A stretch of DNA of 64,000 nucleotides from an uncultured Chloroflexia bacterium (GTDB taxonomy: Bacteria; Chloroflexota; Anaerolineae; JAAYZQ01), in assembly GCA_963700285.1 (NCBI GenBank), contig CAVOXA010000007.1:64001-128000 (forward strand), in the 5' to 3' direction. A program made the position numbers and the translations under genes. The notes under the pieces were generated by a model that saw only the letters and a program-made list of their open reading frames with translations, was not told where the DNA came from and searched no databases. Each line of letters begins with the position of its first letter. Position 1 is the first letter of the stretch. Of this stretch, positions 40,055-50,898 are shown piece by piece.

Positions 40055-43000
40055 TCACTCAGAATGATGCGCTTCGTCGTGGCCTTTATGTTCGACCGAG
40101 GCGTCCATCGTTTCTAGTTCTTGCAGACGTTCCCGGGCAATGGCCGCGTAGCGCGGCACGCCCATGTCCTGGAAGGCTTCCTCGCCTCGCGGAGCAGCTC
40201 TGCGGCCCGCTGCCGGTCGCCGGGCTGGCCGCGGGTGGCGTGGGCCTCGGCCCAGTCCAGGAGCCCGCGAGCCCGCCACCAACGCCCACCTGAGCGGACC
40301 AGGACCTCGCTGGACGCCCTGAAGAAATCCATCGCTGCGGCCCAATCCCCTGCTGCAGCAGCTACCTGCGCTGCAAAACGCAGCCGGTCGCTTTCAATGT
40401 GGGCAGGCACGGGCACCGCCTCAGCCTTCTTGTTGGCCTCGGCCAGCAGGCGCCTGGAATCGGCCAACCTGCCCTGTAGAAGGTACAAGGTACCCCACAC
40501 AGCCCGAGTCACGATCGCGATTGCGTTCGACAATGAACGATCAAACACCTCGGTGGCTTCGGCCAGGGCCGCCTCAGCTTCGACCCAGTCGTCTGCGTGA
40601 AGGCTAGACTCCCAGATGAGGGATTCCAAGATCGCCCAGCCCAACCAAGCTGCTGCTAGGGCCCGATCCCTCTCTGCACCTCGCTCACGCATCGAGGTCC
40701 GCAGTGCCCGAGCCTGTTGAGCACAGGCCGCCCAATGCCCAATATGCCCCAGGTAGCGGATCTCAGCCAGTTGAATTGCTGCGGCGGCTTTGGTGGGCTC
40801 GTTGAGGTCCTTCAACAGCAAATGGGCTCTGCCAAGGGTCTCCGCTGCCTTTTCGAATTCACCGGACTGGAGCAAGGCTGATGCCAGAAGGGCGAGTATG
40901 GCGCTCTCTGACGCGACGAGCCCAGCCTGCCTTGCCAGCTCTGCGCCCCGCCGGAAGTGTTCCTGCTCAGCATGGGGGTCGTCCTGCTGGAACCTAGAGC
41001 GAAAAGCTAGGTATGTGTGGGCTCGTTGGCCAGCGACTAGCAGCCCATTCTCCTCGGCCAACGCCACAGCCCTGGCTGTCACCGCCGTGGCGTCCTCGCC
41101 TGAAGTAGCAAAGATGCCCCAGGTTGTCAGAGCATGGACCAGAAGCTCTACGTCACCCAGCCGCTCGGCCATTTCCAGGGCTCGTTGGGCAAAAGGCTTG
41201 CCCTCTTTGCGCAAAGCGTGATCAGAGTAGGCGATTGCTGTCTCGTGTAGCAGAAGGGCGAGGCCAGGTCCGTCGGGTGCCTCACCGGCGCGAGCCAAAC
41301 CTTGGAGGCAGAGCCTCAGGTACTCTGCCGAGTCATTTGCCTGGGAAGCAGCCCAACCCGAGCGGGCGTACAGGCGGGCGATGGCATCCGTGTCCTCCAG
41401 CGCCTGGTAGCGTTCGAGCCCGTCACGCCAGATGGCTATCGCCTCCTGAAAGCGATTTTGGCGGGCCAGCGTTTCACCCAGCTTGGAGAGGAGAGCCGCT
41501 TCCTCTGGGACTGAGGGTTCCAAGTCCAGCGCCCGCTGGTAGTGACTCTCAGCCTGCCGGCTGGCGTAGGCAGCCAGCGCTACGTCGCCGGCCAGAGTGA
41601 AGTACTTTTTCGCGTGGTCATGGTTGTGGGCCTCAGCATAGTGGTGCGCTAGCAGGACGGCGAGCTCCTCGAGCCGGCCTTGGTGCAGTTCTTCCAGAAC
41701 CGCGGCAACCTCGCTGTGCAACTGCGCCCGTTCGCCCGTACCGAGGCTGCTGTACAGATACTGCTGAAAAAGGGCGTGGCTGAAGCGATAGCGCGCCAGC
41801 CAGCGGCTGCCCTCACAGGAGACCGAGTGCTCGCGCACCAGGCGGTGGTGTGCCTCCAAGTCCCGGGACAGTAACTGCAATGCCTGCCTGTCGCTCAGCC
41901 CCTGCAACCCGGGCCACGACCTGGGCCGTAAAGGTCTCGCCCTCGACGCTGGCCACACGAAGAAAGTTCTGCAAATCTCTGTCGAGCCGCCCGATGCGGG
42001 CTTTGATGATGCCCTCCACCCGGGGCGGCAGCGAGGTCCAATCGAGGGCAGGGGCCTCGACCCAGGCTCTGTCCTCGTCCTGGACCAGGTCCCCGCGTTC
42101 CTGCATGGCCCGCAGCAGCTCGACGGTGAAAAGGGGGTGGCCGTGTGTATGGGCAAGAAGGGCTGATTCGAAAACCCTCGCCGAGGCGATTGGGCTCGGC
42201 ATCCAACAGGCTATCGACGAAACGGCGGTCTTCCGGTTCCTGGACCGCGGCAAGGTCCAGCAAGAGGTCGCCGTATTGGCGCTGCAACTCGGCCAACACT
42301 TGCTGCAGTAGGTGGGGCATGGTGCGGGGGTCGCGGGGGCTGGCCGGGCGGGGGACGACCTCTTCGGGCCGGTAGGCGCCGGCGATGAGGATGCGGCTGC
42401 CTGCGATGCGTCGTCCCAGGTGGAAGAGCAGGGCGGCCGAGGCAGCATCGACCCACTGCAGGTCGTCCAGCGCCAGCAGCAGGGGCTGGTCCCTGGCCAG
42501 GGCGCGCAGCAGGTTGGTGACCTGCTGGAAGAGGTCGGTCTCTTCAAGAACCTCGGCGGCGGTCTGGCTGCAGTCGATTCGGTCGCTCAACTGCTGGAGC
42601 CAGGGAGCTCCGTCTGGCGCAGCTAGCGCTGCTCTGTCCAGGAGGGCAAGACAGGGGATCAGGGCGGGGGCCAGGTGGGGGCCGTGGTCCACCAGGGCCT
42701 GGCAGGTCAGTGGCAGGGCAGTCCAGAGTCGCTGGGCGTGATCGCGGGAGATGGCTCCGGCTGCATAGGCCGCTTCCACGTCGCCGGTGAGCATGGCCAG
42801 TACTTCGCGAAAGGGCAGGTAGGGGTCGCCCACGCCCGAGTAGGCGTTGCAGGAGCCAGAGGCGACCAGTAGATCGGGATGGGCTTCCATGGCTCGCCGG
42901 GCGAATTCGTCCAGCAGGGCGGTCTTGCCCCGGCCTGGCCCGCCGGTGACAAAGACGACGTTGCTCTGGCCGGCCAGCGCGGCCTCCAGCTTTTCCTCCA

Positions 43001-43883
43001 GCCAGGCCAACTCCTGCTCGCGGGCGACAAAGAGTGGGGGCGGCGCTTGCTCTCCCGCATCGATCAAGAAGGCCGGGAGCTGCGGGACCGCTTCAGGTGC
43101 CTGCGTTGGTACTGGCACCAGGCCCGGCTCGTCGAGCTCGCCATCGCGGATCTGCTTGTAGAGGCGCGTCGTTTCAGGCTCGGGTTCCACATCCAGCTCG
43201 TTAGCCAGAACCTGGCGGCAGGCTTCATACTGCGCCAGGGCGGCGGTACGTTGGCCGTCCAGGGCCAGCAAGCGGATGAGCAACCTCTGCGCATCTTCGC
43301 GCCAGGGATCTAGTTCAACATAACGCCAGGCATAGGGCAGCCCTTGTTGGTATGCCCCGCGAACCTGGTGTCGATGGGCGAGTTCCTGCAGGACCTCTCC
43401 GACGTAGCGGACGTACTGTTCTCGGGTGAGCAGCAGCCATTCCTCAAAGGCCGGGCTGTCGGGCGTGGAGAAGCCCTCCAAAAAGGGACCCCTGTAGAGA
43501 TCCACTGCACGTTCCAGTGCGGCGATTGGGGCTCTCGTGGCTGGCACCGCGGAAGAGACGTCATGCGCGTCAACCCAGCAATCGCTGTCACCGTTGAGAT
43601 GGATGCTTTGGCGAGTGGTGAGCAGGTGGCGGGGTGAGGCAGCATGGTCGCCGATGGCCCGGCGGAGAATGCCCAGGGCGTTGCGCAGGCTGGCCCGGGC
43701 AGAGCGCTCCGGGTACTCGGGCCAAAGGAGTCCGGCCAGCGTCTCGCGGCGGTGGGGTCGGTCGGGGTTCATGACCAGGTAGGCCAGCAAGGCACGTACC
43801 TTGTCGGTGGCGAAGCCGGTGACGGTTTCTCCATCCAGGATGACTTCAAAGGGGCCCAGGAGTCGGATCGATAGGCGTGCCAC
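40055..43883 (-). CDS. SARP/BTAD-AAA ATPase-TPR transcriptional regulator, frameshifted (about 42175, 41910, 40180)
   Basis: LLGPF...ALLAYL...LAGLLW, YRGPFL, GGPGRGKT, LDDLQW, GHPLF, YRFSHAL and TPR helices spread over successive frames. Confidence 0.85.
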
Positions 43884-44154
43884 AGGTCCTCCCTGCTTCT
43901 TCAGCACCCACGCCGGCCCTCATCCAAACGACTCCCCTGTGCCCTGCGTGATGCTGTGGGGACATTGTACCTCTTTGGCGCTGGCGCGTCAAGCTCCGCT
44001 ACAGCAGGGCGCCCATGATGTTTTGATTTTGTTCATGTATTTCGCTCATTTTGCGGTTCCATTACTCTCTTGTTACGCCCGTCTGTTATACTGCCACCAA
44101 CAAACAGATCGGGAGAGACTGACTCTTCCACAAATACAGGTAAGGAGGAAGATT

Positions 44155-44694
44155 GTGAACACGAGAAACAGAGTCCATCGATCCAGAATCAGAGGCCAAG
44201 ATCAGTCCAGAGTTCGCCAGATGTTTCTGCTGTCTGTAATCGCTCTGTCTGCGGTGGCGCTGGCCTTTCCTGCAGCGGCTGATGCCGATGTCACACGCCA
44301 GCACGACGAGGGGTACGGAACCGCCTGGTACGTGGACCCGGGTGAGTGGTTCGAGGCGACGCAGGATTCCGTCGCCCTGACCGGCAAGGCTCTGTCCAGC
44401 GACGACGAGGGATATGATACCGCCTGGTTCATAGACCCGGGCGAGTGGTACGAGACGACGGAGGCATCGGTCGCCCTGGCCAGCAAGGCTCTGTCCGGCC
44501 GAGAGAGGTACGAAACCGCCTGGTACGTGGACCCGAGTGAGTGGTCCGAGGCGACGCAGGATCCCGTCGCCCTGACCAGCACGGCTCTGTCCGGCCAAGA
44601 GAGGTACGGAACCGCCTGGTACGTGGACCCGGGTGAGTGGTCCGAGGCGGAAGAAGCCACCTTTGCCTTGGGTGAGACGTGTGAGCAGTGCTAG
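44155..44694 (+). CDS. Secreted protein with four 32-33 aa Trp/Tyr repeats and a C-terminal CxxC
   Basis: AAGGAGG RBS, signal-like FLLSVIALSAVALAFPAAADA, Y-x-TAW-(Y/F)-(V/I)-DP-x-EW four times, ends CEQC. Confidence 0.8.
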   Translation: MNTRNRVHRSRIRGQDQSRVRQMFLLSVIALSAVALAFPAAADADVTRQHDEGYGTAWYVDPGEWFEATQDSVALTGKALSSDDEGYDTAWFIDPGEWYETTEASVALASKALSGRERYETAWYVDPSEWSEATQDPVALTSTALSGQERYGTAWYVDPGEWSEAEEATFALGETCEQC

Positions 44695-45175
44695 GAGACC
44701 CGGCTCCCAAGGCAGTGCCAGGTGCCTATCATCTAGCAGCATCCTGCTAAGGCACTAGATCGAGTGGCACGCAGTGAGATGGGTCCAGTCCCTGAGACTG
44801 GACCTATCTTCTATGCGCCAATCGCGGCGGGAGGCCCAGACCAGATTCCAACATACCAATGACAGGTGGTGCTCCTAGCCCTCGTCTCGAGGGCGATGCG
44901 CCTGAAATAGGCAGGGATCCGCACATTGGACTGTGCCAGATGCCCCGAGACAGGGGCTGTGGGCGAGTTTGAGGGATCAGCCGCCACATGAGGTAGCCCT
45001 GAAGGCCCAGGCTCCATCCGCTTGACTGGGGATGTGCATCGTGATAGAATGACCCTGCGCGACAAGGCATGTCGAGGCAGCATAGGTGCAGTGAGATGTT
45101 GGGCGGGGAGGGCGAGTATCGAGGCACTCCCGGGAGGAGGACCCACTGGCTAACCGGGCAGATACGTCCAGAAGT

Positions 45176-46966
45176 GTGAGCCGTCGCGAGTTCCTCAAGG
45201 CCGCAGGTATTGGACTAGGGTCTTTGGCCGGAGCTACCCTGGCCTGCGGCCAGGTGGCGCGTGAGGCCACCCCGGTTGCCCAGACGCAGGCCACTGCAAC
45301 CAGCGCTCCCACGCCTTCCCCACCGGTTTCCACACCAGTGCCGATTCCCATTGAAACTGCAGCCTTCCTGCCCGATCAAGAAGCCGATTTGGTGCTGCAT
45401 GCGGGCAAGATCCTCACCGTAGACCCCCAGGACTCGATCCTCGGGGCTGTGGCCCTCCGGGACGGGCGGATCGTGGCCGTGGGTGGTGACGAGGAGGTCT
45501 TGGCCCTCGCTGGGCCGCTGACCCAGAAGATAGACCTGGCTGGCCGGGCGGTCACCCCGGGTCTGATCGACGCCCACAATCACCTGCAGGTGACGGGCCT
45601 GATGCACGGCTACTATACGCCTTTTCTGCCCCCAGAGGTCAGGTCGCTCGACGACCTACGGGCCAGGCTGGCCGAAATCGTAGCCCAGACACCTGAAGGC
45701 GAGTGGGTACAGGGTTACTTTATGGTGGTGAACGAAGGGCGGCTGCCCAGCCGCCAGGACCTGGATCCGGTTTCCCCCGACCACCCGGTCTGGATCATTC
45801 AGCAGGGCGGTCACTATGGCTCGGCCAACAGCCTTGCGCTCCAGATGGCGGATGTTACCGCGGCCACGCCCAACCCGGTGGGGGGCGTCATCGAGCGCGA
45901 TACTGGCGGCGAGCCGACGGGGGTTTTCTACAATCACCGGGCTATGGACGTCCTGCGCCGGGTGATCCCCCGCTACACCCAGGAGATGGTGCGGGAGAAT
46001 ATCGTCTCATCGCAACCGCTCTTTGCCGCCGGTGGGGTCACCAGCTTCCAGGACAACAACGTGCGTGGCACGGACACTGTTGCGACCTACCTGGAGGCTG
46101 GCCGGTGGGGTGACATGTCCCTACGTGGTGCAGTCTACTATACGCTGGAATGGCCTCAGGATCTCGATCGCGCGCTGCACGAGATACCCTACGCCGGTGG
46201 GGACGATTTGATGCGCTTTGCCGGTTTCAAGTTCCTGCTTGACGGCCAGGCCAAGATGGCCTACTGCCACGAGCCCCACGCCGGCGTGCGCTGGGATACG
46301 CCGACCTGGGACCCTCAGAGTTTCAAACAAGCCGTCCGCAGTTTGCATGACACGGGCTTGCAGATCTGCGTTCATTGCGCCGGGGATGCCGCGGTGGATC
46401 TGACGCTTGATGCCTACGAAGAGGCCATGAATGCCAACCCCCGTCCCGATCCCCGCCATCGCATCGAGCACTGCATCTTGAGCACGCCGCAGGCGACGCA
46501 GCGGATGGCTGACCTGGGTGTGGTCGTCAGCACCCAGCCCCAGTTTCTGCGCCTGGGAGGGGATGCCTACACGCCTCTCTATGGGGAGGAGCGGTCACGA
46601 AGGGCGATCGTCACGCGCGAGTGGCTGGATGCCGGCGTTCCGGTGGCCCTTGGCTCTGACGCGCCGACCACGCCCTGGACCACGCCCCAGATTACGCTCT
46701 ATGGCGCGGTGACCCGCGTTACGGCCTCCAACCAACGGCATGAGCCTGACCAGGCGCTGACCATCCAGGAAGCGCTGCGAGCGCACACCATGGGCTCGGC
46801 CTATGCGGCCCACGAGGAAGGGGTCAAGGGCTCCATCGAGGTGGGAAAGCTGGCCGATCTGGCGGTGTGGAGCGAGGACCCGACAACCGCCCCGCTGCAG
46901 CGCCTGTGGCAGATACCCATAGACATGACGATTGTGGGCGGGCGGCTAATCTATGAGGGCACCTGA
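45176..46966 (+). CDS. Tat-exported YtcJ-like amidohydrolase (Amidohydro_3)
   Basis: SRREFLK Tat motif, PGLIDAHNH, KFLLDG, VHCAGD, HRIEHC, GSDAP, GKLADL. Confidence 0.9.
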   Translation: MSRREFLKAAGIGLGSLAGATLACGQVAREATPVAQTQATATSAPTPSPPVSTPVPIPIETAAFLPDQEADLVLHAGKILTVDPQDSILGAVALRDGRIVAVGGDEEVLALAGPLTQKIDLAGRAVTPGLIDAHNHLQVTGLMHGYYTPFLPPEVRSLDDLRARLAEIVAQTPEGEWVQGYFMVVNEGRLPSRQDLDPVSPDHPVWIIQQGGHYGSANSLALQMADVTAATPNPVGGVIERDTGGEPTGVFYNHRAMDVLRRVIPRYTQEMVRENIVSSQPLFAAGGVTSFQDNNVRGTDTVATYLEAGRWGDMSLRGAVYYTLEWPQDLDRALHEIPYAGGDDLMRFAGFKFLLDGQAKMAYCHEPHAGVRWDTPTWDPQSFKQAVRSLHDTGLQICVHCAGDAAVDLTLDAYEEAMNANPRPDPRHRIEHCILSTPQATQRMADLGVVVSTQPQFLRLGGDAYTPLYGEERSRRAIVTREWLDAGVPVALGSDAPTTPWTTPQITLYGAVTRVTASNQRHEPDQALTIQEALRAHTMGSAYAAHEEGVKGSIEVGKLADLAVWSEDPTTAPLQRLWQIPIDMTIVGGRLIYEGT

Positions 46967-47071
46967 CGCGAAAGAATCGAGCCACCGAACAAGGCTTCGA
47001 ATGCGCTCAGCCGAATGTTTGGGATTCCCTCGCGCCAGTTGTCCCTGGCAAACCTGTGACGAGCGCGCCTT

Positions 47072-48193
47072 CTAGTCCTTGTAATAATCCTCGGGATAGG
47101 GGCCGACGAGCGACGCGTCATCGCGGACGGCCAGGCTGAACAGGGCGTTGCCCGGGTAGTAGTAGATGCCGTGACTGCGACCCAGGACGACACCGTCGTG
47201 CTCGGAGCGCAGGAGGCCACCCTCCAGCGGCCGGCCCCAGATATCGAGTAGCTCGGCCACCGGATCGCCGATGGCCAGCAGGTCGCCCCCTTCCACCAGG
47301 TGCAGGGCCACGCACGCCTCCTTGACCAGGGGCGCCCTGAAACGCCGCACCGGGAAACCGGGATCGACTACTTTGATGCCCTCGATCCTTTCCCCCTCGC
47401 CAGCCAGCATGCCGGCCCAGCGCAGCACGTTGCGCGTGCCAGCGCCCGCCGCGGAGACGATGGCCCAATCAGGCATGTGGCCGGTCCCCAGTTCCACGGT
47501 GAAAGCCGGGATCTTGGCCAGTAGCAGTGCGGCCGCCGAGGTGGACCGGTGGAGCTTCTGGTCGATATACTTGTCGACGGAAAACTCGTTGACCGTGGTG
47601 TGCCCGTAGGCGCGCAGCATGTCCTCCAGTTTCGCTGCCAGCCGCTTGGCCTCTGTCTCGTTGCGGTCAGCGTCCTGGTCGTCGCGATAGAGAACGCGGT
47701 CGCGGATGGCAAAGGAGATAGAGCCCGTGGACGAATTATGGTAGTCGATCAAATAGTCCGCGCTGGCGGCGATCACGACGAACAGGCGCGCGTAGGCTCG
47801 TTCGAGAGAGGAAGGGGAAGCCTTGTCGGGATCGAGGGGCTTCTCGGGCCTGCCGTCGGGCCACAGCCGGTTGGGGTCATCGTCGACGTGGTAGGGCCGG
47901 CGCTCCATGGTGCGCAGGCCTGCGGGATTGAGCGCTGGAATGGCGACGATGGTGCCCCGCAGCTTGTCGACCAGTTCCTGGCTGATGAGCCGGTAGATCA
48001 CGGCCGGGCCGGCTTGCTCCGGACCGTGGATGCCTGCCGTCAGCCAGATGCAGGGTCCTTCCTCCCGCCCCTGGGCGATGATGACGGGCAGAAACTCGAC
48101 ATGGCCGGTGGGGTGGCTGAGCGCGTCCCAACGTCCGTACTGGATGGTGCCAGGTACAGCGGTGGCGGTTCCTACAGTGAGTGAAGTTGTCAT
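47072..48193 (-). CDS. Succinylglutamate desuccinylase/aspartoacylase (M14) family protein
   Basis: AGIHGPE, DPNRLW, IDYH, TVELG, C-terminal biotinyl-like domain. Confidence 0.88.
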   Translation of the reverse strand: MTTSLTVGTATAVPGTIQYGRWDALSHPTGHVEFLPVIIAQGREEGPCIWLTAGIHGPEQAGPAVIYRLISQELVDKLRGTIVAIPALNPAGLRTMERRPYHVDDDPNRLWPDGRPEKPLDPDKASPSSLERAYARLFVVIAASADYLIDYHNSSTGSISFAIRDRVLYRDDQDADRNETEAKRLAAKLEDMLRAYGHTTVNEFSVDKYIDQKLHRSTSAAALLLAKIPAFTVELGTGHMPDWAIVSAAGAGTRNVLRWAGMLAGEGERIEGIKVVDPGFPVRRFRAPLVKEACVALHLVEGGDLLAIGDPVAELLDIWGRPLEGGLLRSEHDGVVLGRSHGIYYYPGNALFSLAVRDDASLVGPYPEDYYKD

Positions 48194-48436
48194 AAGGGTT
48201 CTCCTTCATGAAGGTTCAGAGTCTCTGGGGACATGCTCCTGATTATACCACCGTAGGGATAAAAGCCAAAGCGGGACGAGACGGGGCTTTGCTCTTGCTC
48301 ATTTGCTCAGCCAAAGCCGACCTGCGATAGGGTAGGAAGGGCGACTGTGTGTTATAATCTCGCCGGATACTGTGGTTCCCAATGCCTGGAGCCACCAGTC
48401 ACAGCAGAAAACAACAGGGAGCGAGCCGAGAAGCCT

Positions 48437-49148
48437 ATGGATGATCAGATCCGCGCCATTCTCTTTGACCTGGATGGCACACTCTTGGACAATGACATGC
48501 ACGAATTCCTGCCGCACTATTTCCATAAGCTATCGGCGCGGGTTGCCCATCTGATCCCACCGGACGAATTCATGGACTGCCTCATGAGGGCCACGGATGC
48601 CATGCTGGCCAATGATGGCCAGGCGACGAACGAGGAGGTCTTTGCCAGGGTATTCTATTCCCTGGTGGGAGTGGCCCGGGAGGAGATGGAGTCCACCCTG
48701 CTGGAATTCTATGCGGTTGACTTTCCGCTTCTGAAAAAGTACACACGGCGCAAGCCGGAAGCCCCAGGGGTGGTGCAACAGGCATTTGACCTTGGCTGCG
48801 ACGTCGTTGTGGCCACCAACCCACTCTTTCCCGCGACGGCCGTTGAGCAGAGGATGGAGTGGGCCGGCGTGGCAGGTTTTCCCTACCAGTTGGTGACGAG
48901 CTATGAGAACTGCCGGGCCGCCAAGCCCAGTCTCCTCTACTTTGCAGCAGATCTTGGAGGCTTTGGACTGTCCTGCCGGTTCGGCCCTGGTCGTTGGCGA
49001 CGAGGACATGGACATGGTGGCGGCGCACCTTGGCTGCCGGACCTTTCTGGTACCAGGATCCCGCACCGAGCTGGCTCCTACCACGCCGGAACCCGACTAC
49101 CGTGGCTCGCTGGTTGATGTAGGCGCCCTGCTTGAGCGTTGGCGCTAG
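48437..49148 (+). CDS. HAD-family hydrolase, frameshifted near 48942
   Basis: FDLDGTL, ATNP, KP; motif IV VGDEDMD is in frame 48903-49148. Confidence 0.85.
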
Positions 49149-49208
49149 CGCAGTCATGCTTCCTGAACGAGAGGTACCGGGCTTGTGACGCAGATGGAGA
49201 GATTGAGC

Positions 49209-50249
49209 ATGATTTTCGATCCGACGGAACATCCACACCGCCGCCAGAACCCGCTCACGGGCGATTGGGTCCTGGTGTCACCCCAACGCACCCAGCGCCC
49301 CTGGTTGGGGCAGGTGGAGAAACCGCCGCCTGATGAGCGGCCGGCCTACGATCCAGGCTGCTACCTGTGCCCAGGCAATGAACGGGCGGGGGGAGCGCAT
49401 AACCCCCAGTATGAGACTACCTACGTTTTCACCAACGATTTTGCGGCCTTGCTGCCTGACACGCCCTTGGCTCAGGATGCTCAGTCGCTGCTTCGTCAGG
49501 AGAGCGAGCAGGGCACCTGCCGCGTGGTCTGTTTCTCGCCGCGCCACGACCTGACGCTGCCAGAGATGGCGGAGGAGGACATTCGCCGGGTGGTGAATGT
49601 GTGGGCCGATCAGGTCTCCGAGCTTGGGCTGTCGTACCGTTGGGTACAAGTATTCGAGAACAAGGGGGCGATGATGGGCGCGTCCAACCCCCACCCCCAC
49701 GGCCAGGTTTGGGCGGGAAGCGTTCTGCCCAACGAGCCGGCCAAAGAGGATGAACACCAGCGCCGCTACCTAGAGGAGCATGGCAACCCGCTTTTGCTGG
49801 ATTATCTTGCGCTGGAGAACGAGTCTGGGGAGCGCGCGGTCGTAGAGAATGCACACTGGCTGGCTGTCGTCCCCTTTTGGGCCGTCTGGCCCTTTGAGAC
49901 CCTGCTTGTGCCGCGCCGGCACGTGCTGCGGCTGCCGGACCTGAGCGGTGAGGAGCGGGACGCACTGGCAGCCATCCTCAGGTGCTTGCTCATCAGGTAT
50001 GACAACCTGTTCGAGATCTCGTTTCCCTACTCGATGGGCTGGCACGGGGCGCCCTTTGACGGTGGCAGCGGGGACCACTGGCAGCTTCACGCGCATTTCT
50101 ACCCGCCCCTGCTGCGTTCCGCCACTGTGCGCAAGTTCCTCGTGGGCTATGAGATGCTGGCCGAGGCTCAGCGCGACCTGACGGCGGAACAGGCAGCAGA
50201 GCAACTGCGGGCTCTGTCAGAGCGACACTACAGAGTCCTCGCGGAGTAA
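49209..50249 (+). CDS. galT: Galactose-1-phosphate uridylyltransferase
   Basis: [49 protein letters not shown]. Confidence 0.96.
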   Translation: MIFDPTEHPHRRQNPLTGDWVLVSPQRTQRPWLGQVEKPPPDERPAYDPGCYLCPGNERAGGAHNPQYETTYVFTNDFAALLPDTPLAQDAQSLLRQESEQGTCRVVCFSPRHDLTLPEMAEEDIRRVVNVWADQVSELGLSYRWVQVFENKGAMMGASNPHPHGQVWAGSVLPNEPAKEDEHQRRYLEEHGNPLLLDYLALENESGERAVVENAHWLAVVPFWAVWPFETLLVPRRHVLRLPDLSGEERDALAAILRCLLIRYDNLFEISFPYSMGWHGAPFDGGSGDHWQLHAHFYPPLLRSATVRKFLVGYEMLAEAQRDLTAEQAAEQLRALSERHYRVLAE

Positions 50250-50253
50250 CGAT

Positions 50254-50350
50254 CCTGTCATGCCCGCATGGTTCCAGCGGGCATCCTCTCTGCGGAGGTG
50301 ACGGTTGCTGTTGGCGTGGATTCCCGCCAAAAGTACGCGGGAATGACAGG
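50254..50350. repeat. REP-like inverted pair between convergent galT and ridA
   Basis: CCTGTCATGCCCGC...GCGGGCATC and GGATTCCCGC...GCGGGAATGACAGG. Confidence 0.7.
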
Positions 50351-50378
50351 TTAGCGCGGTGACGTCCCCCGTTGATTC

Positions 50379-50795
50379 TCAGCAGCAGTCCTGATGGCAG
50401 TCGCAATCCCCCTGACAGACGGCTGCGACGGCCTCAATCTCAACGCGGCCGCCGAGGGGCAGCGCGGCTGCCTGCACGGCAGAGCGCGCCGGCGGTTTGC
50501 CGGCAAAGAACTCGGCATAGACGCCGTTCATCTGGGCGAACTCGCCCATGTCCTGCAAAAAGACCGTCGTTTTGATGACGTGCTCCAGGCAGGAGCCGCC
50601 CGCTTCGAGAACCGCCTTGAGGTTCTGCAGCGCCTGCCGAGTCTGGCTCTCAATATCCGGGCCGGCAAAGTCCTTGCTGCCGGGTACGAGGCCCAACTGC
50701 CCGGCGGTGTACACAAGGTCGCCTACCCGCACGGCCTGGGAATAGGGGCCAACGGCCCCGGGTGCTTTGTCCGTAGCGATAATCTGTTTCTCCAT
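50379..50795 (-). CDS. ridA: RidA enamine/imine deaminase with a Cys-rich tail
   Basis: GPYSQA, AGQ, KTTVFL, PPARSAV, VEIEAVA; tail CQGDCDCHQDCC. Confidence 0.9.
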   Translation of the reverse strand: MEKQIIATDKAPGAVGPYSQAVRVGDLVYTAGQLGLVPGSKDFAGPDIESQTRQALQNLKAVLEAGGSCLEHVIKTTVFLQDMGEFAQMNGVYAEFFAGKPPARSAVQAAALPLGGRVEIEAVAAVCQGDCDCHQDCC

Positions 50796-50898
50796 GGTGT
50801 ACCTCTCCTATTGTGCTGTGTTGGGTTTCACATGCGCCGGACTGTGCTCCAGCGCCAGCTCTTTTGAGTCAGTCCTGGTTCAGAATCTCCAATTCACA

